Notes under the pieces: generated by a model
The model's database searches: none
Told to the model about the DNA's origin: nothing
What the model saw: only the letters and a program-made list of their open reading frames with translations
Shown here: one piece after another, positions 23,801-32,457 of the stretch
Layout: every line of letters starts with the position of its first letter
How positions within the stretch are numbered: position 1 is the stretch's first letter
Translations under genes and position numbers: made by a program
NCBI GenBank assembly: GCA_024704765.1
Contig: JAKMXF010000144.1
Span: 248,001-312,000 of the forward strand
DNA length: 64,000 bases
Origin: Oopsacas minuta
Taxonomy: Eukaryota > Animalia > Porifera
Direction: 5' to 3'

Positions 23801-24893
23801 GGACTCTATCAAATTGTCCTCGCTACATATTGAGGGTACAATAACTTCCCGGGGGTAAGAGGGGCAAACTGTAAATTTACGATTTAAATCTGATACCAGA
23901 AACTTTCCAGGAGGACAGCCCCACCTTGATAGAATATCAGAGTACCCGTTCCATGGATAAGCTATAGGACATAACAATTCGTTACGTGGATGATAGAGAA
24001 ATGGGAAGTATACCTCGATATTATTAAGCTCTTGGATGTTAGAAAGTTGCTCAATAGACTTAGCTATGACATTCATTTCTTCTTGGGATGGAATCTCAAA
24101 TTTGTATTCTAGAAATGTTTTCGTTTTGAGTATCAGTTGACAACGGACTCCGTCTTGTAACGCCTGTTTTTCTATCTTTTCGAATAATGTATACAAAATA
24201 GTGAACGTATTCTCATCGTTATTATAGAATAGCAAATTATGTGCGGTGATATTCAGGGTCCCTTCTAGGAGGACTTGTCCGTTTGGAGTTTGTGAGAAGT
24301 ATATTACCTTTATTTTGGGAATAACTATGAAATCTGTTGGGTCTCCCATTGATTGTGTGGAGTTGCAAGTGAATACTTTATGTGTGATGTATAAGAAGCT
24401 ATAATATGGTATCACATGATAGAAGTTTATCCAGTTAACTGATATATTAATTTGATTATTAGTTCATAAAGGGATAGGGAAAGAGGGAAATCTTGCACGC
24501 AGCTGACCCCATGGCGCCGGCACGACCTCTAATTTGTCAGCTGATATTGAAAACTGTCAAAATAATGGAAAATTTACAATCTCATATAGTCACTTATTTG
24601 TCTATTGTCTATCGGCCAGTGGTTCTCAATCTTTTTCACCCGCGGACGCCATATTGAGAACTACAGGTCTATCCTTATCGAAATAAAATGAATAATTCAC
24701 AAGTAAGAGTAGAGTAAGATGGCCGCTTGCCCTGAGGAAAGCAAACCGATCCGATCCGATCCACAAACTCGATATTTACCGTCCTCTTGTTTAAATAAAT
24801 ATTACCTGTAGGTGTCTAGGTATCTATTGGAACACAATCAACATATTTGTGCGGATAGCAACTATCCTTGCTGGAAGCTCAAGAAAGAAATAA
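20863..24893 (+). CDS. GHITM: Mitochondrial TMBIM5/GHITM, multi-exon; last exon 24812-24893 lies beyond a 2.6-kb intron (22175-24811)
   Basis: LCYYG, WPPYVKERINATYGY, APSDKFLNMSGPL, YGGLVLFSGFMLYDTQ and YDPVNA|CLGIYWNTINIFVRIATILAG..RKK*. The phase-2 junction was verified. Confidence 0.9.
21830..21998. mobile_element. ~170-bp Tc1/mariner-Tigger-like MITE, copy 1 (GHITM intron)
   Basis: Perfect 11-bp TIRs cagtcaactcc/ggagttgactg with TA on the right flank. Homologous to 34941-35092 and 56650-56757. Confidence 0.8.
22232..24349 (-). CDS. MTMR9: Myotubularin-related pseudophosphatase MTMR9, intronless, nested antisense in GHITM last intron
   Basis: PH-GRAM, CPSYP..VIVP, RFPVVAY, and VLIHGTTGTDNT (inactive HG-x-x-G-T-D site typical of MTMR9), then coiled coil. 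Likely ATG at 24349. Confidence 0.9.
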   Translation of the reverse strand: MGDPTDFIVIPKIKVIYFSQTPNGQVLLEGTLNITAHNLLFYNNDENTFTILYTLFEKIEKQALQDGVRCQLILKTKTFLEYKFEIPSQEEMNVIAKSIEQLSNIQELNNIEVYFPFLYHPRNELLCPIAYPWNGYSDILSRWGCPPGKFLVSDLNRKFTVCPSYPREVIVPSICSEDNLIESAKYRHGYRFPVVAYYNKKTGASLLRAGQPLVGNMQKKCDSDKKLLNACLVTKQRGRIIDTRTKSNATQWVSKGGGTEQPGMYPHWLLEYCELERPEAMMENYEKLFKICLEQGTPNRGAHWITALSSTKWYHYVMTAMQTALKIAGFLQTDSSSVLIHGTTGTDNTLLLSSLTQLILDPYTRRLEGFLELIIREWILGGYPFRARTMGLLESEKERGRAPTFLLFLDCVWQLMRQFPRSFEYKDTLLLLIHEHTHASEYGTFLGNSMKERSTHKLNDRTFSLWAYIHSIRDSFENPMFEENFACLWPCIYPINFICWQRMYLRDPVLEDEIQHYEVKVKEVYEERDRLRKEAQRLEDIFLRLKVASELMSANKDGEQKTDTGDVKMGTVTGKKGTETSQTDTTNSPDTVTNRTDKTASETGPTKIPDTTTSETGPTKIPDTTASETGPTKIPDTTASETGPTKIPDTTASETGPTKIPDITASEMGPTKTPDTTASNSDTVANSLSSSTTDNPVKQDDPTAL
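22313..22546 (-). repeat. Coding minisatellite, 6 x 39 nt, encoding (TTASETGPTKIPD)6 in the MTMR9 tail
   Basis: The unit gctagctgttgtatccggtatctttgtgggacccgtttc repeats contiguously with 0-2 substitutions per copy. Confidence 0.97.
24617..24666. mobile_element. ~50-bp hAT-like TIR-only remnant
   Basis: cagtggttctcaat ... attgagaactacag (12/14 inverted match) with a hAT-type terminus. No TSD seen. Confidence 0.45.
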
Positions 24894-25033
24894 TCAAAAT
24901 AGAATTAACACATTTGAATTCTTTCGATATAAAAAACTTTCAATTACAATACTTATTTCACTTTACTTCCTATTTACACTACGCATACATACTATACACC
25001 GATAATTACAGAATATTCGTAAGCTAGGTGGGC

Positions 25034-27010
25034 TTATAGTTCTTGGTAGACATCCTCAGAGGCGGCAGGCGGGACCCTGAAACTGTCCAAACACATGTAA
25101 TGACTGATATCTTGTTGATGAATCAGCTTCTCGACTATTTTGAGTATTTTTTTTTTATGCAATCCGCTTGTAATTCCTAAATCATTCTCCAGGATAGAAC
25201 TGTCTAACACGGACAGGATTTCTCCATTAACCCCTTCTTCTACAAACTTATTAGTGTATTGAGACAGGTTAAGACTATTAAGCAATTCTTTAACGTCTTG
25301 AACTGAGTAATCATCCAATTGTTTGATCGGTTTATTTTCACTTTGTTGTAATATTGTTTTCGGTTCACTATACCTGTCGCCATCAGCTTCCATATATAAA
25401 TTCGTATCTGATTCACTATAGCTCTTATGTTGTTCTTTTTGTTGTTGTTGTTTATGTTGGTCTGTTTTTGGTAACGGAGGGAGATTACGTTCCGCTAAGA
25501 GTTCTTTGATGTACCTTTCCTTTGTCTCGCACTTTTCTCTCAAACTCTTATTAATATCATCCAGTTTGTTTCCTAACCTCTCCAGCTCTTCGTTTCGTTT
25601 TTTCTCATCCTCTAGGTCTTTCCTCATTTTCTCCATCTCTTTATTCGTAAACCCTCCCTTAGCTGTGGAGGGACTAGCCATCGATTGTGTTTGTATATTA
25701 TTCAAGAAGGCCATCCCTGGTGAGGACTTAACTTCCGGAAGTTCGACGTGTTTCCCTTTCCTAACGTAATTAGCTATAACTCCGTAATCCTCTTCCTTCC
25801 TTATGAACTTCCTTACATCTTTATACGCTGAATATATCTCTTCTTTCGTTTCGTATGTCTTATTTTCAGGTTTCCCTAGTATCTCGAGTTCTATATCAAG
25901 ATCTAACGGTATCTCAACCAGTGCGTCAGCTGTGTCATCAATCCCTACATAGGTTACTTTATCTTCATACACATAGGTAACAAGCATTTGTCCTCTCCTT
26001 TTCTCCAGAAGGGTATACGGTTTGTTATTTGACGTGTATCTGTTGTTCTGTTGCGGATGGAGGTAAACTCTTTGTGGGAAGATACATTTCTCCATTGCTG
26101 GCTGCATTTTATCGCTCGTAAGAGAGAGTCTGAGGCTGAACTGTTCCGTATCGTGTTCGGTTAGATGCACGTCCCTACCCTGCATCGTTCTGAAGATTAC
26201 GTTTAGAGGTTGACCGCTGTCCTCATCGTAGTTGATGCTTATAATCTCCAGAAGATCGCCTATTTTAACTGCAACTCCGTCCCTTGTGAAGTTATTGCGC
26301 GCTGCTACTCTCCTTGGAGTAGGATTCAGACTGAGAAGGGAGGTTATATTCTCCTGAGTCCGCGGGTCGAATTCTATCTTCTCACTCAATAGTGTTACAA
26401 GATGACTGTCATTTATAGGAATTTCAAATATGCTTCCGTTTGGATCGACGCCACAGACGGTTTCGTAGTCTGTTAGGAAACAAACAATGAACTTTTCGCC
26501 TTCAGACAAAGTATAGAGTTCACTGTCCCCGTAAAATCCGCGTGAGACTTTAACTGCGATTGGAAACTGTCCGGCTAACTTTTTCGCAAATTCCTCCACT
26601 TTGAAATGTTTCCCCGCGTATTTTGGCATTTTCGCTAGCCTCACAGGAACCTTCTCTATCGGCTCTGGATCAATCGGGGTCGGTAGGATAGGTTTATGTG
26701 CGTGTTTACCTACTTTTTCCTGAGGCCGTGGTGGTAGAAATGGTGTCTGTTTGGCGTCTTTTTTTGCTGGTAGTGGCTTTTTAATTTTCTCCTCTACTGA
26801 CTGTGCGGGTTGTGAAAATGATTTATGAAGAATATTTGTGGGAGCAATAGGGCTAGTGCAAGACACTTCATGTTCATTCAAATCGGGTATCTCATACACA
26901 ATCTTTTCTTTATTATCATTTACTTTAAAGGAATTAGAAGCGTGGCATTCCGACCTGCTTCTCTTGATCATATTCAGGGCTTCGGAAAAGGAAGGTACAT
27001 CTTCACTCAT
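25034..27010 (-). CDS. CABIT-domain adaptor (THEMIS/GAREM superfamily): Pro-rich, 2x CABIT, coiled coil, SAM; paralog A
   Basis: FPIAVKVSRGFYG..LSEGEKF..FEIPIN and a second FPQRV..LVEIPLDLDI module; PxxPxR/K motifs; C-terminal SAM (LNLSQYTNKFVEEGVNG..LGITSGLHKKKI). Confidence 0.7.
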   Translation of the reverse strand: MSEDVPSFSEALNMIKRSRSECHASNSFKVNDNKEKIVYEIPDLNEHEVSCTSPIAPTNILHKSFSQPAQSVEEKIKKPLPAKKDAKQTPFLPPRPQEKVGKHAHKPILPTPIDPEPIEKVPVRLAKMPKYAGKHFKVEEFAKKLAGQFPIAVKVSRGFYGDSELYTLSEGEKFIVCFLTDYETVCGVDPNGSIFEIPINDSHLVTLLSEKIEFDPRTQENITSLLSLNPTPRRVAARNNFTRDGVAVKIGDLLEIISINYDEDSGQPLNVIFRTMQGRDVHLTEHDTEQFSLRLSLTSDKMQPAMEKCIFPQRVYLHPQQNNRYTSNNKPYTLLEKRRGQMLVTYVYEDKVTYVGIDDTADALVEIPLDLDIELEILGKPENKTYETKEEIYSAYKDVRKFIRKEEDYGVIANYVRKGKHVELPEVKSSPGMAFLNNIQTQSMASPSTAKGGFTNKEMEKMRKDLEDEKKRNEELERLGNKLDDINKSLREKCETKERYIKELLAERNLPPLPKTDQHKQQQQKEQHKSYSESDTNLYMEADGDRYSEPKTILQQSENKPIKQLDDYSVQDVKELLNSLNLSQYTNKFVEEGVNGEILSVLDSSILENDLGITSGLHKKKILKIVEKLIHQQDISHYMCLDSFRVPPAASEDVYQEL

Positions 27011-27603
27011 TTTGATATTTACCCGTAAGAGCCTATGTACAATGTTAGTGATACCTTGATATATCTGCTTTCACTTTTATACTCGTAATTATATACTTGC
27101 ATCATTTTAAAGCTCTTCATGGTAGCAATGCAATTTGCTATTACGAGAGACTAGATTCTTGCAATTATTCCGTATGACAAGTGATTATCTCATTGTTATG
27201 TAATTTGCTTAGTTGTCCGTTTCTGTGTGTAATTCTTATCTGTTTATTACGATAGCATAAGGGTTAGTGTTTGGGACTGTCCTTAAACACCCCAGGCATT
27301 GAAATAGAAGTTTCACTACATAACTACGTGTGCTCTAGGTTATTTGTCAGAGATCTATATTTACCAAATATTTTGTATTATCTTCCTGTGCCCCGATTAA
27401 ACCAGTTCTCGTTGGATTCAAGACCCAGTACTTAACTAGTGTAACCTCCTCCACAAGCGAGGTGCCAGGGACACCGAAATGGCCCTCCATTTCGCGTTTG
27501 TGTAAGTTACACTGTATTAGAATTATTAACAACAAACACACCTTCATAATAACAATAACAAGCTAAACACACATACACCTGTCTGTCCTAAGCATAACAG
27601 TTG

Positions 27604-29751
27604 TTATGATAATTTTTCATATATCTTTTCATCTCTGTATCCAGACATATACTGAGGATCAACAAAGAAATGAGAAATATCTTCGTTACGTTTCATCTTT
27701 TCCGCTAGCTTCATGAGTTTCTTTCTATGTAATGCGTTCTTAACTCCCAGTTCTTCTTCGAGAATCTGTTCATTCAACTCAGTGAAAACATCCGTATTTA
27801 TTCCCTCTTCTAGAAATACATTCATGTATTGTCCTAGATTGCTTCTATCCAGAACTTGCCCCAAATACTCCGCAGTTTGTGTGTCTAGTTTTATCTCAAA
27901 ATTAAAGTTTGTGCTCTTTGGTTCGAAAATGTCTCTGGGGGATTTATAGTGTGGTTCTTCCTCAGGGGGCCTCAGCTTTGTAGGTGAGAGATCCCTGGAG
28001 TTTTTGTAGTAGTCTTCTTGGGCGATTTTGGGTTTCGTTGTCAGGGGAGGAGGGCTCATTAACGGCAGCTTTAGTCTGTTTGGTAATTCTCTACCCTGCA
28101 TGAGGGGACTATTTGGAGCTGATCCGGTCCCTGGGATTGATGGAAGAGTTCTTTGTTGTATTCCCATCTTTATGATAGTATTATTTTGATCCTTAATTGT
28201 AGAATTTGCCTCATTCAATGTGTTTTCTAACTCAATAAATTCTCGTTTCTTTTGTGAAAGAGAATTCTCTAAATAGTCCACTCTCTCTTTCAATATTTTG
28301 TTCTCTGTAATCAATTCTGTCATTTCTTTCCTTAAAACCTCATTTCCTGGCTCGGAACTTTTGATATCTTTCATATTTGCTATATTCTCGGCAGTATTTT
28401 TCCTCAGTTCTTTTAATAAATCACCTTTTCCCAGTTTAATTTTCAGGGCTTTGTTCGGCTTACTAGTTACAGGAGGGGGTGTCCTACAGCGATCATAGTC
28501 CTTAGATCTCTGGAAAAAATTACTGACCCTTTGTGGTTGGGGACTAAATGGCAATTGTGGTTTAGCGATTTGTTGAAGTGACTGTGGCCTATTTACGTGT
28601 CTTAGATCTGTGACTGAATTAGATCTTAGTGGTCTTCTTGCTGAGGGAAGTGCAGGAAGTGCAGGAATTTCGGGCATATTCGATTTACCTATAGTCACAC
28701 TTTTTTTTTTCGAGTATATTTCCAATATTTTGAAAACTTTTTCCTTGTCGTTCGGCATTCCGATAATCGTGAAACTTATACCCAAATTTAATGGGAGTTC
28801 AACTAATACACTTTCAGAGGTTAAAGAGGCTTGTACGTCATTTTTGTATCGACACGCAAGGAACGCCGTCTTTGTAAAACACTCTAAGATAGTACATAGC
28901 ATTTTACGAGTCCTTCCTATGACTGTATTATCCGTTAGGACAACACGCTGGGGGAATACACAGGATTCAATGGCTAATGGTAATATTATGCTTCTCCCAG
29001 AAATCGAGCAGCTGAACGTATTTTTCAGGTTTTTGGGAAGTTTAATATCTTCTCCGCTTAGAGTTTGTACTCGTAAACATTTGTCATTTGGTGCTACGAA
29101 TTCGGTCATTTCTAGAATTTGTCCCTCTCCAATCGTAACTCCATCTATTTCAAACTGCGAGTTAGATACGATACGATTTGGCGCGCTTCTCATTGCCAAA
29201 ATATTTTTAACACTTTCGTTAGTTTTGTTGTTTAATTCAGAATCCATATTCACGAGGGCAATCTCGTAACTAGGGTGGATTTGAATATTGAATACCTGCT
29301 CCTTACTGGTAACACAGGTAACAAAGCTTGTGATTGGCTTAGAACAAATCAACAGCTGGTCTTCAGTGTAATATGAATTCTTCTCATTGTCACTGTACAT
29401 TCCTTCAGAAACCTCTATTATCAATGGAAATTTTACTGATCGATCTGTGTCCAAAGCTTCCAGATCCCAAACTTTTGGGGGCTTCTTTTTGATGGGTATC
29501 GGGTCTTTGGCGCGTGGGGGTAGACATGGACTCTCGGGTAACTCATGGGTCTTGTCATCTTGTTTACCTTCTTCATTCTCTTCTCCCGATGAGACAATAT
29601 CGTAAATAATTGAACCTTCCGACTCAGAGCCATTTTTGTGTTTATCATTTTCATCATCACTTGACATTATATCATATACTATCTCTGTACTTCCTAGCTC
29701 TGAACATGAGCTAGACCGCTTCGGCTTAGGGAATTTGCTGATTATATCCAT
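27604..29751 (-). CDS. CABIT-domain adaptor, paralog B, same architecture
   Basis: FPLIIEVSEGMY..TEDQLL, FPQRVVL..LVELPLNLGI, coiled coil and SAM (NLGQYMNVFLEEGINT..LGVKNALHRKKL). Colinear with paralog A. Confidence 0.7.
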   Translation of the reverse strand: MDIISKFPKPKRSSSCSELGSTEIVYDIMSSDDENDKHKNGSESEGSIIYDIVSSGEENEEGKQDDKTHELPESPCLPPRAKDPIPIKKKPPKVWDLEALDTDRSVKFPLIIEVSEGMYSDNEKNSYYTEDQLLICSKPITSFVTCVTSKEQVFNIQIHPSYEIALVNMDSELNNKTNESVKNILAMRSAPNRIVSNSQFEIDGVTIGEGQILEMTEFVAPNDKCLRVQTLSGEDIKLPKNLKNTFSCSISGRSIILPLAIESCVFPQRVVLTDNTVIGRTRKMLCTILECFTKTAFLACRYKNDVQASLTSESVLVELPLNLGISFTIIGMPNDKEKVFKILEIYSKKKSVTIGKSNMPEIPALPALPSARRPLRSNSVTDLRHVNRPQSLQQIAKPQLPFSPQPQRVSNFFQRSKDYDRCRTPPPVTSKPNKALKIKLGKGDLLKELRKNTAENIANMKDIKSSEPGNEVLRKEMTELITENKILKERVDYLENSLSQKKREFIELENTLNEANSTIKDQNNTIIKMGIQQRTLPSIPGTGSAPNSPLMQGRELPNRLKLPLMSPPPLTTKPKIAQEDYYKNSRDLSPTKLRPPEEEPHYKSPRDIFEPKSTNFNFEIKLDTQTAEYLGQVLDRSNLGQYMNVFLEEGINTDVFTELNEQILEEELGVKNALHRKKLMKLAEKMKRNEDISHFFVDPQYMSGYRDEKIYEKLS

Positions 29752-30034
29752 ACAGTATCTTTACACTGGAATAGCTCCACATACTAACTCTTAAATAGAA
29801 TTGTAAGGTGATACGTGGAGGAAAGATTACATTGATATGAGATAGTATTGAGTCATGGAAGAGAGGGATAAGTTTCTGAGTAATTTATCTCTGCAAAGGA
29901 GATGACGTACTTCTTAATTAATTTGTTTGTTAGTTTGTGGTTACTTTAAGTGCCAGTGTCCACCCTTGTGTATAATAATAGCGCCACCTGCTGTACTTGT
30001 AACCTCATTAAATTACATTTGATAACATTTAGAA

Positions 30035-31927
30035 ATGGCTCTCGCTAAATTCAGGAATATGAAAATAAAGAAAACCAAGCGAGCCTTCAAATTCAAGCTA
30101 ACAACCTTCTATGAACGAATTGAATGTGAATTTCAGAAGGGGTTTGAGCCGAATAACTTGTCCATAAGATGGAGTCGTGGTAACCGAGAGGTAGTGTCAA
30201 ATACACCGTCGTGGACCGCAGATTTTGAGGATGAGAGTGCTGTAAAAGGCAGAGCAAAGTTTGAACCGGTGAACGCTGTAGAACTCCTCATAACTCTATA
30301 CAAATATCCTAAGACTGTAGAATATAACGATAAATATTATAAATACTCGGTAGAACACACTGCATTGAATGGGAAGAAGACATCACTCGGAGTATTCGAG
30401 TTAAATGTAGCAGATTATGCTGAGATTGGTCAGCACAGACATGAACTAGCTCTTATCTGTAAAGCTGCTAGTAAGAAAGTATTCAGCATGAAAATAGTAA
30501 TGAGGTTGGAGGTTGAGTTCTTGAAATCTGGTTGTGCTCAGGATGATGATATGATTAGTACATGGTCTGCTCTCCCGGGGGGGGAGACCGATTATTCAGA
30601 TGATGAGTACAATTCAGACGATGGGAATGATAATAGGAAGCGGGCCATGAGTACCGATCTGTCCTACGTGTTGGGAGAGAGTCTCTTCTCCCTGATTAGT
30701 AAAAATAGGGAAGAACTTGTCCTCCCGGACGGCTTTCCAGAAGATCTCAGTGGTATGCATCACTCTAAATCGATAGCTTTGCTGTTCAGCGCTAATTGGT
30801 CTGACACTTGTGTAAACTTCCTACAGACGGTAGATAAGCTCTACACTATGAGAGAGGGCAGGACTTTTGAGATTGTATATGTGTCCTGTGATTATGATGA
30901 CGAGAGTTTAATACAAGGTATGAAGAAGCATTCCATTATCTACTTATCGTTGCGACCGAAAAGTGTAATAGCTGAGAACTTGAGAGATCATTATGAAGTG
31001 TCCAGCATTCCACAACTCCTAATCGTGAACCCAGAGACTGGTAGAGTTATAGAGAGAGAAGGGAAGAAGGTTTTGGAAAAATGTCATGGTTCGATTGAAG
31101 AGCAGAAGATCCTCGCCACTCTGTGGGGTAAAGGGAAGAGCTCACAGTCAAGTCATAGGCTAGCTGTGGTTAAAGAATCGATATTAGGCAGTTCTGTGAG
31201 CTTATCGAGTACCCTTGATGGAATCAGCGAGAGTGGACAGAACTATTCAAAACGCAAGGGGAGTTTAAAACAGCAAAACACTGAGCAGGTAATTGGACAT
31301 TTAGAACATATGCTTAAACAGAAAGAACAGGAATTGAGAGAGAGTCAGGATCAATTGCAAGCTGCTCAAGAGGAAATCTTAAGTCTTATCTCAGAAAATG
31401 AAGCACTACAGGCAAAGAATTTTGAAATGAGCGATCAGGTTCGACAGTTAAAAATAATCGTTAAAGACTTTGGCGATCAGAATAGAGCCATGGCTGATGA
31501 GAAACAACAACTGGTAGCAGCGATGGAAGTAAAGGGGTGGTTATTCAAACGCGGGATTAGCGGACCAACAGGCCGGTTATGGCGAAAACGATACTTCCAA
31601 AATAACGGCTTCTTCCTTTCGTACTACAAATCCCCGAGCACTCAGGTAGAACAAGGATCAATCGACCTTAAAAAAGTGAATGAAATATCAATCTTGCCCA
31701 AGGAGAAACAAGACAAAAATTCAGCTTCATTCAATATTATAACAGAACAGAGAGTGTACGAACTACAAGCTAGAAATCCGGAAGAAATGTCCAGCTGGAT
31801 CCGAGCGGTCAATTACCTGATGAATTACCATAAGGAAAATATGCTACAATCTTACGGTAATCATTGTGCTATGTCTCCCTCAAGACAGTTAAATATACAG
31901 AACGCAGCTGATAGTATCCACATTTGA
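30035..31927 (+). CDS. Multidomain protein: NT-C2 (EHBP1-like), nucleoredoxin-like thioredoxin fold, coiled coil, PH
   Basis: FKFKLTT..PNNLSIRWSRGNR..ITLYK..NVADYA (NT-C2); LLFSANWSDTC..FEIVYVSCD..YEVSSIPQLLIVNPETGRVI (Trx); KGWLFKRG..WRKRYF..EEMSSWI (PH). Confidence 0.8.
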   Translation: MALAKFRNMKIKKTKRAFKFKLTTFYERIECEFQKGFEPNNLSIRWSRGNREVVSNTPSWTADFEDESAVKGRAKFEPVNAVELLITLYKYPKTVEYNDKYYKYSVEHTALNGKKTSLGVFELNVADYAEIGQHRHELALICKAASKKVFSMKIVMRLEVEFLKSGCAQDDDMISTWSALPGGETDYSDDEYNSDDGNDNRKRAMSTDLSYVLGESLFSLISKNREELVLPDGFPEDLSGMHHSKSIALLFSANWSDTCVNFLQTVDKLYTMREGRTFEIVYVSCDYDDESLIQGMKKHSIIYLSLRPKSVIAENLRDHYEVSSIPQLLIVNPETGRVIEREGKKVLEKCHGSIEEQKILATLWGKGKSSQSSHRLAVVKESILGSSVSLSSTLDGISESGQNYSKRKGSLKQQNTEQVIGHLEHMLKQKEQELRESQDQLQAAQEEILSLISENEALQAKNFEMSDQVRQLKIIVKDFGDQNRAMADEKQQLVAAMEVKGWLFKRGISGPTGRLWRKRYFQNNGFFLSYYKSPSTQVEQGSIDLKKVNEISILPKEKQDKNSASFNIITEQRVYELQARNPEEMSSWIRAVNYLMNYHKENMLQSYGNHCAMSPSRQLNIQNAADSIHI

Positions 31928-32079
31928 TTAGTCTATATTGTTTGTATTTATTTTGATTGTATATTTGTAAATATGGATTTTTATTTATTTTTGTTGCAAT
32001 CGATGAACTATTGTTTGATAGAATTTGGGCCATCGGAGCTGCGGTCAAGTTAGTGAAGTACTGTCAATGAGTAATACAA

Positions 32080-32130
32080 CATCGGTCCCCAACCTGTGGG
32101 TCCATAGGTTTATAAGGTTGGGAACCGCTA
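32080..32130. mobile_element. ~51-bp hAT-like TIR-only remnant
   Basis: catcggtccccaacct ... aggttgggaaccgcta inverted repeat. No TSD seen. Confidence 0.45.
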
Positions 32131-32457
32131 GAGTAACCAAACCTATACCCTGAGTCTCCGGGGGGTAATTTCCTTCGAAGTTTCCCGTGACAGTCAGGAC
32201 TAATATTAGAAGGCAGAACAAAGCACACGAGTATTATTATGTAGTATTAAAAAGCAAGAATAGTTTTTCAGTAGATAAATAGAGTTATTTCCCTCCTATT
32301 CGGTTGCATAATAGCTAATAGCATAGTAGCAATACAAACCACTAGTTATGTATGATAATAGATTAGTATAACTATAGCGATTGGGGAAAAGTGACACAAT
32401 GTGTGAATTTAGTAAGTGATTTGTCGGAGGGTACATATACTAATATATTCAATAGTA

